64,000 bases of DNA from a virus (lineage: Duplodnaviria; Caudoviricetes): positions 4,412-68,411 of IMG/VR virus record IMGVR_UViG_3300011008_001623; one strand, given 5' to 3'. The notes beneath the pieces were generated by a model that ran no database searches, was not told where the DNA came from, and worked only from the letters and a program-made list of their open reading frames with translations. Position numbers and translations under genes: made by a program. This document shows positions 27,602-36,511 of the stretch, piece after piece (position 1 is the first letter of the stretch; each line of letters starts with the position of its first letter).

Positions 27602-28651
27602 ATGGCTATTTTAAATAGTGATAAATACTATAAAGGTGATAAAATAATTGACATGTTCAAGGTCTCACAATTATCTGTGCCAAACATGACCATTCACATT
27701 AATTCAGGTACAGTAATTAGAAATAGTAAAATCTATAATTTTGAAGAAACAAATTCAGATATTATCGCAGTTCCTACAGTCGGGACATGGCTTGTAGCTA
27801 TATCATTAGATGAAAATTTTGATATTGTTTATACTTATGGGCCACAATCTACAGAACAAAAGAAATTTCCCACTTTACCAGAAGAATGTTTTCATCTGGC
27901 TTTAATTGAAATTTCTCGTGGTGATACTGGAATCACTAATGATAAGATTTATGATTTAAGACAATTTATGGGATTTTCTCCATTAAGTGAAACTGCTTGT
28001 AGATGCAAATGTACTGCAGAAACCGTTTTAACACCAGAACAAGAACAATTAATTACTAATTTAGAAGATAAGATTATTTTCCTACAGACTCAAATTGATG
28101 AACTAAGAGGATTACATGACCCACAAAAGGTTTATCGAGTAAAAACAGATAGTGGATTATTATATGATATAAGATTTAAAGATGATGGAACTCCATACTT
28201 TACTCGTGTTGGATATCCTGATGACCCAGATATTCCTGTAGACCCAACAGACGATGAAAAGAAAAATTATCGTTTTGAATACGATCATAATAAAATTAAT
28301 ATTGTTAATCAAAATGATACACAATTCTGCCAATTACAAATTAATGTTAAACCACAAAATCATAATACAGAAAATATTGATTGTGCATTAGTATTACGTT
28401 GTACTCATACCACAATTTACAGCGAAAATTATCGTCCACAATATCGAGAGAATGAATTTAGAATTCCAAGTATTAAAATTACGCCACAAGGATTTAGAGA
28501 AGTATTTGAATTGAATTTCCATAGTTCTGGAGTTCATTACTTATCATTCGTATTAATTGATAATGAAACAAATACATTACTTGATTCTGGAGAAATTGAA
28601 TATGATGTAACGTTTGCAAATAATTCATTACTATTAAGAAAATTGGAATAA
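27602..28651 (+). CDS. putative fibre/whisker-type structural protein
   Basis: ATG 27602 after GGAGG; N-terminal ~125 aa aligns with the N-terminus of 45445..48003 (P.MT..(I/V)N.G, LA.I, I.D(L/I)R). Confidence 0.6.
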   Translation: MAILNSDKYYKGDKIIDMFKVSQLSVPNMTIHINSGTVIRNSKIYNFEETNSDIIAVPTVGTWLVAISLDENFDIVYTYGPQSTEQKKFPTLPEECFHLALIEISRGDTGITNDKIYDLRQFMGFSPLSETACRCKCTAETVLTPEQEQLITNLEDKIIFLQTQIDELRGLHDPQKVYRVKTDSGLLYDIRFKDDGTPYFTRVGYPDDPDIPVDPTDDEKKNYRFEYDHNKINIVNQNDTQFCQLQINVKPQNHNTENIDCALVLRCTHTTIYSENYRPQYRENEFRIPSIKITPQGFREVFELNFHSSGVHYLSFVLIDNETNTLLDSGEIEYDVTFANNSLLLRKLE

Positions 28652-28668
28652 GAAAGTAGGGATATTTT

Positions 28669-29382
28669 ATGGGACGAAAACCAAAACAATTGCCTTTAAA
28701 TACTTTACCTGATGAAATTGATGAAGTAGAAAAAAAGCCGTCTAAAAAGAAAAAGAAACAATCATCAGAAGCAACAAAAGAATTAGTAAAAGATGTTAAG
28801 AATAATTTAAAAGAAATCAATAAAGAAATTTGCATGGCACAACAAACAAATTTCATTAATGGATTATATTTGCCACAATTTATTTTTAGAACATTTTTAG
28901 ACAGGATTGATCCAATTGAATATTGCGAAGATATTTTAAGAGGGCATTATCCCGAATCAAAACGATATCTTCATCAGAATCAAGTAGATTTAATTAGAGC
29001 AGCTTGTAATCCAAAAATAAAACAAGTTGCAGGATTAATGGCACGTCAGACTGGAAAAACAGAATCTATTGCATCAATGTCAGGATATTTTATTGATAAT
29101 TATCCTCAAATGAAAGTAGGAATTTTTACTCCTCGTTTACAACAGGCTGAAGTATCTATTGGAAGATTAAGTACATTCTTTCAAATGAATGAAGAACGAT
29201 TAAATCATAAAATTACAAAAATCACAAAAGATAGAATAGAATTAGACAATAATTCTTATGTAACAGCTGTTTCTGCATCTGACCAGTCAAACATCGAAGG
29301 TTTAACTTTTGATATTATGATACTTGATGAAGCACAAAAAATATCGAATTACACTTGGTCAGAAAGAATTGCACCAATGGGT
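28669..29382 (+). CDS. terL: terminase large subunit, exon 1
   Basis: Walker A ARQTGKT, Walker B ILDEAQ; ends ...PMG at the U of the P1 U-G pair. Confidence 0.9.
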
Positions 29383-30986
29383 AAACGCATTTGTATTGCA
29401 CTGCCCCCTTGTCAAGTAATTGGCATTGAATAACCTTTCTAATTGCTGGAAACTCGTAAAGCCATTTATACCTTATTAGGTTACGAAAGTAGAAACAAAT
29501 AAATGGATGATATATGGTTAAATCCTAAGTATCATAGCAATTTTTTATAAAAATTGCTGCAATCGACAATCAGCAGCTAAGCCTTATTTATAAGGAAAGT
29601 TCAACGACTAGTCTTTTATGACGTAGGGAAACCGAAATGGAAGGCTCCTTCTAAAAAGGATGAAGATATAGTCTACAATATATGGAAACATATAAATAAA
29701 TATTTCACCAAATTATATTATATATAATATAAAACTATAAAATGGAGGGTTTTATGTTATATAGAGCATTTAAAGTAAAAATTTATCCAACACATTTTCA
29801 AGAACAATATTTAAAATTATGTTTTTATACAAGAACATACGTTTATAATTGGTTTGTCGAAAAAAAAGAAGATTATTTTAGGGAAAATAAAAAAACAATT
29901 GGATTTTCATTTTTACATAAAGAATTTATGAAATATAGAAATGATATTCCCTGGATTTATGAAGTTAATTCTAGAATATATAGATTTGCTGAAAATGATT
30001 GTTCATATGCATATAAATCTTATTTTAAACAATTAACGGAAAAACCTAAAATTCAATCTTTTGATAAAAAACACTTTAGTTTAGATAGATGTCTTATTAT
30101 AGATAATAAAACATTTTATATAGCTGGAGGAAATGAGCCAAAGAAAAAAGAACGGCATGGATTTCATATAAAAACATCAGAAGATATTTCATTCTTAAAA
30201 AATGAAGATATTGTAAAAGTAACTATTACATTTGATAATTTAAACTATTATGCATCTTTTGATTATAAATGTCATCCAACAAATTATGATAAACATAAAT
30301 ATGATATTGTAGGCATTGATTGGGGATTGAAAACTTTTGCCACTCAATCAGATGGAAAATCATTTCACTTTAAAAAAGACGAAATGATAAAATTGGAACA
30401 TAAGTGTTCATATTTAAAATCAGTTTTAGATAAAAAAGAAAAAAATAGTAAAAATTATCAAAAGATAAAAAGAAAGCTAAATAAATGTTTTAAACGTATA
30501 ACTCATATACGAAGAGATTTCATAGATAAGTATACAACATGGTTATGTAAAACATATAAAACTATAAAAATTGAAGATTTAGATATCTTAAAAATGGCAA
30601 AAAATCATAAGCTAGCAAAAGCTATTTATAGAGGAGGATTTGGAATATTCAAAAATATGTTAAAGTCAAAATCAGAAATATATAATAATAATCTCATTTT
30701 AGTTGATGATAGAAAATTTGCCAGTAGTAAAATATGTAGTAATTGTGGATGTAAAAAACAAAAATTAGCATTATCTGAACGTACTTATAAATGCGAAAAT
30801 TGTGGATTGGAAATTGATAGAGATTTAAATGCTGCAATAAATATTGAGCACTATTAATGCTGCTAATTAATTATTCTTGGTGAAAGAAAAAAGACTTCTC
30901 TTGTATGTATATCGAATTTGTTATAAGCAGACAATAAAATATACATATATAAGAAAGTTAATTAAACGTTAAGTTTAATATCACAG
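29383..30986 (+). mobile_element. group I intron carrying tnpB (IStron-like), 1604 nt
   Basis: P7 strands GACTA (in TTCAACGACTA 29600-29610) and TAGTC (in GATATAGTCTA 29665-29675); P9 TATATG-GAAA-CATATA; IGS TTGCACT-GCCC 29396-29406 pairs with both exons; terminal G at 30986; splicing restores PMGGATNAKIIKIGTPK. Confidence 0.92.
29754..30857 (+). CDS. tnpB: TnpB RNA-guided endonuclease (IS200/IS605-IS607 OrfB family)
   Basis: RAFKVKIYPT HTH, RuvC-I GIDWGL, RuvC-II IEDL, Zn finger CSNCG/CENCG, RuvC-III DRDLNAAINI; ATG 29754 after GGAGG. Confidence 0.93.
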   Translation: MLYRAFKVKIYPTHFQEQYLKLCFYTRTYVYNWFVEKKEDYFRENKKTIGFSFLHKEFMKYRNDIPWIYEVNSRIYRFAENDCSYAYKSYFKQLTEKPKIQSFDKKHFSLDRCLIIDNKTFYIAGGNEPKKKERHGFHIKTSEDISFLKNEDIVKVTITFDNLNYYASFDYKCHPTNYDKHKYDIVGIDWGLKTFATQSDGKSFHFKKDEMIKLEHKCSYLKSVLDKKEKNSKNYQKIKRKLNKCFKRITHIRRDFIDKYTTWLCKTYKTIKIEDLDILKMAKNHKLAKAIYRGGFGIFKNMLKSKSEIYNNNLILVDDRKFASSKICSNCGCKKQKLALSERTYKCENCGLEIDRDLNAAINIEHY

Positions 30987-32036
30987 GGTGCGACCAATGC
31001 TAAAATTATTAAAATAGGTACTCCTAAAACTAAAAATCATTTTTATGATTCAGTAGAAGGAAAAGGTTCTGATAAATGGTGTGTTGTTAGAAGAGATTGG
31101 ACAGAATGTGCTCAGTTATGGGCATTAGGTGCGGTTTATCTTCCTGATAAAGAAACTGGAGAAATTAGACCTTATTCAAAATATGTATTGACTCAGCTTA
31201 TGCCAAAAGCATTAAAACAAGAATATTTCCCAAATAATCCTGAAGTTTGGACTGAAGGTGGTATGTCTATCGAAGACTTTAAAACGCAGTATATGTTAGA
31301 ATTTGTAGATGGTGCAGGAAGATTTTTAGATACTCCTCAAGTAGAACGATTAGCTAGTGGGGAATTTGATTGGTTAGAACGTGGACAACTGGGAGAATTA
31401 TATGTAGCAGGAATTGACTTTGCTGGTTCAAATCCTGATGGAGATAATACTCATATTACTGTATTAAGAATAAATCCTGATGGAACAAAACATAAAGTAT
31501 TTGCAAAAGAATTTTCTGAAACACCCTATCCACAACAAATGTATGAAATAGCTAATATGTTTGGAGGGTTTAATCCTAAATTTCAAGTTAAAAAAATATT
31601 TGCAGATTATACAGGTTGTGGAGCTGCGGTGATTCAGACATTACAACAAGAATTTGGAATGAAAAATTTAGAAGGAATTATTTTTAATTCTGGTGATAGA
31701 TTTACTCATTCAGGAACAAATCTAAAAAATACTATGTATAATCGTTTTAAAGTAGAATTAGATTCAGGAAGGATTTTATATCCAACTAAGGAACGGTTTT
31801 TGGCTTCAAAATATCCTAGTGCGGGTACAAATAATGTTGGATTTTATCATAAAATGATTGGAGAATGGTCTGATTTAGAATATATTATGACTACTTCAGT
31901 AAATAAAAAAATTGAAGCTCCATTGGGATATCATGATGATTGTTGTGATGCAGATGTTTTAGCTAATTTTGCTGCATTAGAAGGACTTAGACATAGGGCT
32001 CCAAAAGCAAGATTTGGGAATATATATAGATTTTGA
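30987..32036 (+). CDS. terL: terminase large subunit, exon 2 (spliced product 587 aa)
   Basis: GATNAKIIKIGTPK motif, nuclease GIDFAG, HDDCCDA; in frame with the ORF called at 31188. Confidence 0.9.
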   Translation, partial: GATNAKIIKIGTPKTKNHFYDSVEGKGSDKWCVVRRDWTECAQLWALGAVYLPDKETGEIRPYSKYVLTQLMPKALKQEYFPNNPEVWTEGGMSIEDFKTQYMLEFVDGAGRFLDTPQVERLASGEFDWLERGQLGELYVAGIDFAGSNPDGDNTHITVLRINPDGTKHKVFAKEFSETPYPQQMYEIANMFGGFNPKFQVKKIFADYTGCGAAVIQTLQQEFGMKNLEGIIFNSGDRFTHSGTNLKNTMYNRFKVELDSGRILYPTKERFLASKYPSAGTNNVGFYHKMIGEWSDLEYIMTTSVNKKIEAPLGYHDDCCDADVLANFAALEGLRHRAPKARFGNIYRF

Positions 32037-32086
32037 ATTTTAAGAAAAAATAATTTATTGTGTATAACTAAAATATAAAAAAGTGG

Positions 32087-33325
32087 GTGAATACAACGTT
32101 GGAAAAAGTCAAAATGTCAAACGGTTTACTATTATGTTTAGATAAAACCGACAGCGATTTTGTTACAATTTCATATAATATTAATGCCGGTTCTTTTGAT
32201 GAACCGGAAGATATGCTTGGTGTAGCACATTTATCAGAACATTTAGTATTTAAAGGAACTTTACATCGAACTGCTGATGAAATTTTTTCAGATATTGAAA
32301 TATTAGGTGGAGAAATAAATGCATATACTACAGAAACCAATATTTGCTTTTATGTTACAATTTTAAAAGAATATTGGGAAAATGCATTAGATATTTTATT
32401 TGATATTGTATGGAATAATACTATTCCTGAAGAAGAATTTGAAAGAGAAAAAAGTGTAGTTATTGAAGAATTAAAAATGTATCATGATGATGGAAAACGT
32501 CGAATATTTGATTTATTAACAAAAACAGCTTATTATGATGTAATAAACAAATGGAATAATGGTGGAACTCCTGAAACTGTAACTGCTATTAATAGAGACC
32601 AAGTAGAATATTTTATTGATAATTTTTATGTACCTGAAAATATGCAAATCTTTGTTACAGGTGGAATAGATGAACAAAAAATAAAAGAGAGAATAAAATG
32701 GTATTTCAAAGATATAGAAATAAATTCTAATCATGATAATTTTAGAAATGATACAATTGAACCACAAGTAAAATCCTTAGCGGAAGAAATAGATTCTACT
32801 CAAAGTCATATGGTTATGTACTTAGCAATTGATAATGCAAAAACAACAAAAGAATATTTTATTCAAGAAATGGCTAAAGACATATTTGGAAATGGATTTG
32901 GTTCTCGATTAATGGAAATCAGAGAAAAATATGGATATGCATATACTATTTATTGTGACCATATTTTTGCCCAACCAAAATCATTACTATATGTTTATAT
33001 TGGACTAAATAAAGAAAATATTGCTAATACTCAAAAATTAATGATTAGTAAATTAAATGAAATTGCAAATGGTTCAATTACTGAAAAAGAATTCTTTACT
33101 GCAAAAAATGGATTATTAACTACAATTAAATCAAATAAAATTTCTACATCTGCAATGAATGATATGAGAATCAATTTCTTAAATGAACAATTGGATTTTG
33201 ATTGGGATATTCAAAAATTAATTGATGAAGTATATACAATTACAATTCGAGATATTGAAAATTATTATCATACATTAAATATCGAAAACGTTGGATTCAT
33301 CACCCTAAACCAAACGAAAGATTAA
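32087..33325 (+). CDS. M16 family (pitrilysin/MPP-like) metallopeptidase
   Basis: GVAHLSEHLVFKGT (HxxEH), NAYT, EKSVVIEE, SRL..IREKYGYAY. Confidence 0.92.
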   Translation: MNTTLEKVKMSNGLLLCLDKTDSDFVTISYNINAGSFDEPEDMLGVAHLSEHLVFKGTLHRTADEIFSDIEILGGEINAYTTETNICFYVTILKEYWENALDILFDIVWNNTIPEEEFEREKSVVIEELKMYHDDGKRRIFDLLTKTAYYDVINKWNNGGTPETVTAINRDQVEYFIDNFYVPENMQIFVTGGIDEQKIKERIKWYFKDIEINSNHDNFRNDTIEPQVKSLAEEIDSTQSHMVMYLAIDNAKTTKEYFIQEMAKDIFGNGFGSRLMEIREKYGYAYTIYCDHIFAQPKSLLYVYIGLNKENIANTQKLMISKLNEIANGSITEKEFFTAKNGLLTTIKSNKISTSAMNDMRINFLNEQLDFDWDIQKLIDEVYTITIRDIENYYHTLNIENVGFITLNQTKD

Positions 33326-33328
33326 AGG

Positions 33329-33970
33329 GTGTGCAATGATATGTCTAATGAATTAGAAGATTTTAGTTTACAAACTCCTTTTGAACCATTATATGAAAAA
33401 ATAAAAAGGAATCAAAATGAATTATGGGACGAATTTCAAGAACGAACTGAAAAATTAATCAAATGGCTTGCATGGTGGAAAAATTTCGATAGAGATGAAT
33501 TGTTTCAACAAAGCTATTTATATTTTATTCAATTATGTGATCAGTATGACCCTTATTATGAAGGAAAGTTTTTCAAGTTCGACCGGTATCTATATAAGAA
33601 TTTGATTATTAAATTAAGAGCTTATATTCAACGTTATTACTTTAAAGGGAAACGAGAAAAACCTAGTGAATATTGTGAATTTTTATTACAAGATAAGGCG
33701 ATATGTGATATGAGCGAAATCGATGATGAATTATATACAGAAGAAATATTTTCTTTAATTGACCCGCGAGAAGCGGAAATTATTCGTCTTACAATTAAAG
33801 GATATAAACAACAAGAAATAGGAAGAAAATTAAATATATCTCAATCAAGAGTGTCAGTTATAAAGAAAAAAGCAATTAAAAATTTAGCTAATATATTAGA
33901 TACTTCCCAAACAGACGAAGAACGTCGCGAAATGATGTTAAATGATTTAAAGAAACTTTTCTATAAATGA
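33329..33970 (+). CDS. phage sigma70-family RNA polymerase sigma factor
   Basis: Region 2 DELFQQSYLYF...YDP; region 4 REAEII...YKQQEIGRKLNISQSRVSVIKKKA. Confidence 0.85.
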   Translation: MCNDMSNELEDFSLQTPFEPLYEKIKRNQNELWDEFQERTEKLIKWLAWWKNFDRDELFQQSYLYFIQLCDQYDPYYEGKFFKFDRYLYKNLIIKLRAYIQRYYFKGKREKPSEYCEFLLQDKAICDMSEIDDELYTEEIFSLIDPREAEIIRLTIKGYKQQEIGRKLNISQSRVSVIKKKAIKNLANILDTSQTDEERREMMLNDLKKLFYK

Positions 33971-33996
33971 AAAAAGCCTATCATAGGCTTTTTTTC
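33971..33996. terminator. bidirectional intrinsic terminator
   Basis: AAAAAGCCTATCATAGGCTTTTT between convergent genes. Confidence 0.8.
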
Positions 33997-33999
33997 TAA

Positions 34000-34443
34000 T
34001 TAAAAATGTTCTTCAATAAATTCTTCTACTGCTTCATGAATATTATGGTTAGATTCTTTTGTTGCACCATTTTCAGCAATATAATCATGGACGCCATCCC
34101 ATGGAGATAATACTTCTTCAGAATATTTAAAGAATTCATTATCATCATCAGGATCCATACCTTTTTCTTCCATTTCTGCCATTAAAACATCTGATAATTT
34201 TCCGCCAAAAATATAATCAGAAAATACAGACTGAAGTCCAAGCTGAATTTCTTCATTAACCTCAGAAGATAATTCTTCTTCTAATACAGACGAGTCATGA
34301 GTTTTTTCATAAAGATCTACATATTTATCTTCATGAATATCCATAAAAGAAACTAAATCTTTTGTTAATTTTAAGTAATCACTTTTTGCTGCATCCATAT
34401 ATTTTGGAGATTTGCTGTCAGCTGTAATTAAACGTTTTTTCAT
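34000..34443 (-). CDS. acidic protein with MKKRLITA leader
   Basis: 147 aa, GGAGG RBS. Confidence 0.85.
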   Translation of the reverse strand: MKKRLITADSKSPKYMDAAKSDYLKLTKDLVSFMDIHEDKYVDLYEKTHDSSVLEEELSSEVNEEIQLGLQSVFSDYIFGGKLSDVLMAEMEEKGMDPDDDNEFFKYSEEVLSPWDGVHDYIAENGATKESNHNIHEAVEEFIEEHF

Positions 34444-34649
34444 ATGCGTTCCTCCCTCTACATTTTTAAATGTTTGTTTTATTTTCAGCCTTTTTACATT
34501 TCATAATAATGCTTTTTAAAATTAATTATTTTCCTATTTGTTGAATACTTTTTTATAATAGAATTATTTTATAAATAGATATAAAAACATTGACACAGCA
34601 TTATTTCTTGAAAGCTGCTGAAATGTTTCAAAAACGAGGTGACATATAA

Positions 34650-35213
34650 TTGATTAATAGAATAAGCGATGGTATTTCTCTTCCTGATGAAGCTTTCGAA
34701 CTACTTGCTAAAAAGCTTTCAAGAGATAATGGCATGAAATTTCATTCCGTTACTGCTTTGAAAGAAGAAGCAAAACAAATATGTTCGGAATTAAAAAGTA
34801 ATGGATTAATTTCTAAGATTGAAGAATGTAATAATTTATATAAAGTATATTATTCAGATTCTAAATTAAAATTTGCTTCAAATTCTAATTATTTTACTTT
34901 TATTGGAAATAATTCATATAAACCAAATGAAAAAATTGCAGGAGTATATGATTATGATTTTGATGATGGAGCAATATGGGAAGTAAAACATTTTGATGAT
35001 GGTGATTACTTAGTAAAAACTATTCAGTCAGATGATGAAAATGATGTTATTAGAATAAAAACTGCTAATATTGTTTCTATTTTAAAAAAGAATAATTTTA
35101 TTGTAAGTGAACCATTGTTAAATGAAATTAAGCAAGTTGTAGCTTCAAAGAATATTACTGATGAAAAAGATTTAGAAGAAGAAATCAAAAAGTACTGTTC
35201 TAAGGTGGTGTAA
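34650..35213 (+). CDS. hypothetical protein (putative head module)
   Basis: TTG start with GAGGTGA RBS; KFA/KTA motifs. Confidence 0.75.
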   Translation: MINRISDGISLPDEAFELLAKKLSRDNGMKFHSVTALKEEAKQICSELKSNGLISKIEECNNLYKVYYSDSKLKFASNSNYFTFIGNNSYKPNEKIAGVYDYDFDDGAIWEVKHFDDGDYLVKTIQSDDENDVIRIKTANIVSILKKNNFIVSEPLLNEIKQVVASKNITDEKDLEEEIKKYCSKVV

Positions 35214-35222
35214 AAATGCACA

Positions 35223-36113
35223 ATGGATAAACAGCCGATAATTGAGGAAGATGTATACGATTATGTATATAACTTAAATTTACGCGATGATGGTGACGAA
35301 TTAAGTGACCCGTCAATGAATGACTTTTTAAAGGGGTATAAAATGAGACCTTATGATTTTGTACAATGGGCAAAAACTCATAATAAAATAGTTAAAAAAG
35401 CTGCTACCGAAGTAGTACCGATGCATTTTTATCCACAGTATTTAGCTGATTATATTTTAACTTTGTGGAATGGTGCTGATGGAACCCTTCAAGACTTTTT
35501 TAATGGTTTTACTTTAAGATATAATAACAAATTAAAACAAGCTATAGCAAAACATATTAATGAAATGGGATTTGAAGTATATCCAGTTTTAACTGATGAT
35601 AGAGCTTTTTTTGCTAAAAAAGTAAAAGATCAGTTTCTTAGAGTGGCTATGGCTGATTTAGATACAAAATTGTTATATGTTAAGAAAACATTTAAAGATT
35701 CCGAAGCATTAAGATTATTTCTTGGTGAATTAGATGATATAAAAGAAATGGGACATCCAGTAACAGCAGGAAAAGTAGTGGATTTATTAGATTATTATTC
35801 TAATATTTTCCCTGATGATTATGCTGTGCAATTAACAAAAAATCTTGTAGTAGATAAAGGGTTAAAAGATGTTGGTTTTGATTATTACAAAGATTTTGGC
35901 ATGACCAATGAATCATTAGAACAAGCTGAAAAAATTCTTTCTGAAAATGAAGACAGTTATTATGATATTCATAATGGCGTTCCCTATGGCTGGGATTATA
36001 TTTCTGATATGAGAGGATTCGATGGAGTGCGTCCTGAACAGTTTGAAATGGTTCAAAATACAAACAATACCGGAGCTCATTTATATAATATAGCTTCTAA
36101 AAAAAAAGACTAG
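35223..36113 (+). CDS. hypothetical protein; probably continues by a -1 shift into 36107..36490
   Basis: 296 aa ORF ending in an A9 run (KKKD*). Confidence 0.75.
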   Translation: MDKQPIIEEDVYDYVYNLNLRDDGDELSDPSMNDFLKGYKMRPYDFVQWAKTHNKIVKKAATEVVPMHFYPQYLADYILTLWNGADGTLQDFFNGFTLRYNNKLKQAIAKHINEMGFEVYPVLTDDRAFFAKKVKDQFLRVAMADLDTKLLYVKKTFKDSEALRLFLGELDDIKEMGHPVTAGKVVDLLDYYSNIFPDDYAVQLTKNLVVDKGLKDVGFDYYKDFGMTNESLEQAEKILSENEDSYYDIHNGVPYGWDYISDMRGFDGVRPEQFEMVQNTNNTGAHLYNIASKKKD

Positions 36114-36490
36114 CTGATTCAATTGGGAATATTCCTCTAAATTTAGTATTAGATGCAATTTCCTCAGGAGCTAAAAATATTTGTGGATTATTAAATCAAA
36201 CATTGGCGGTTCCTCCAACTCCAGTTCGTTCTTATCGAAAACAAAATAATAAAACTAAATCTAATATTCCTAATTTTTATACAACCATACAACCAAATGA
36301 TATTGTAGATGTATTTGAAATTTGGAAAGTTACATTAAATAATGATGATTTATCTGAAATGTTTATGGTAATATCTGCTAAATGTAATTTATTTGGATTT
36401 AGAAAATCAAAATGGAGTCAAGTAAAATATAGAGGATTTTATTCTTCTGTTGACGAAGCTAAAAATGAAATTTTCTCGCGACTTGCGTAA
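36101..36490 (+). CDS. start-less reading frame, probable C-terminal extension of 35223 ORF
   Basis: Frame open from 36101 (KKRLADSIGNIPL...) after an in-frame TAA at 36098; no RBS/start until TTG 36203. Confidence 0.55.
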   Translation, partial: KKRLADSIGNIPLNLVLDAISSGAKNICGLLNQTLAVPPTPVRSYRKQNNKTKSNIPNFYTTIQPNDIVDVFEIWKVTLNNDDLSEMFMVISAKCNLFGFRKSKWSQVKYRGFYSSVDEAKNEIFSRLA

Positions 36491-36511
36491 TGTGCGAGGT
36501 GATAAAAAAAC

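Noticed and set aside
29383-29433. C-terminal tail KRICIALPPCQVIGIE of the 28669 ORF
   Set aside because: Read-through into the intron; the true protein continues in exon 2.
34444-34504. Upstream in-frame NVKRLKIK as an extra KRL leader for the 34443 gene
   Set aside because: That frame is closed by TGA with no start codon, and the GGAGG RBS supports ATG 34443.
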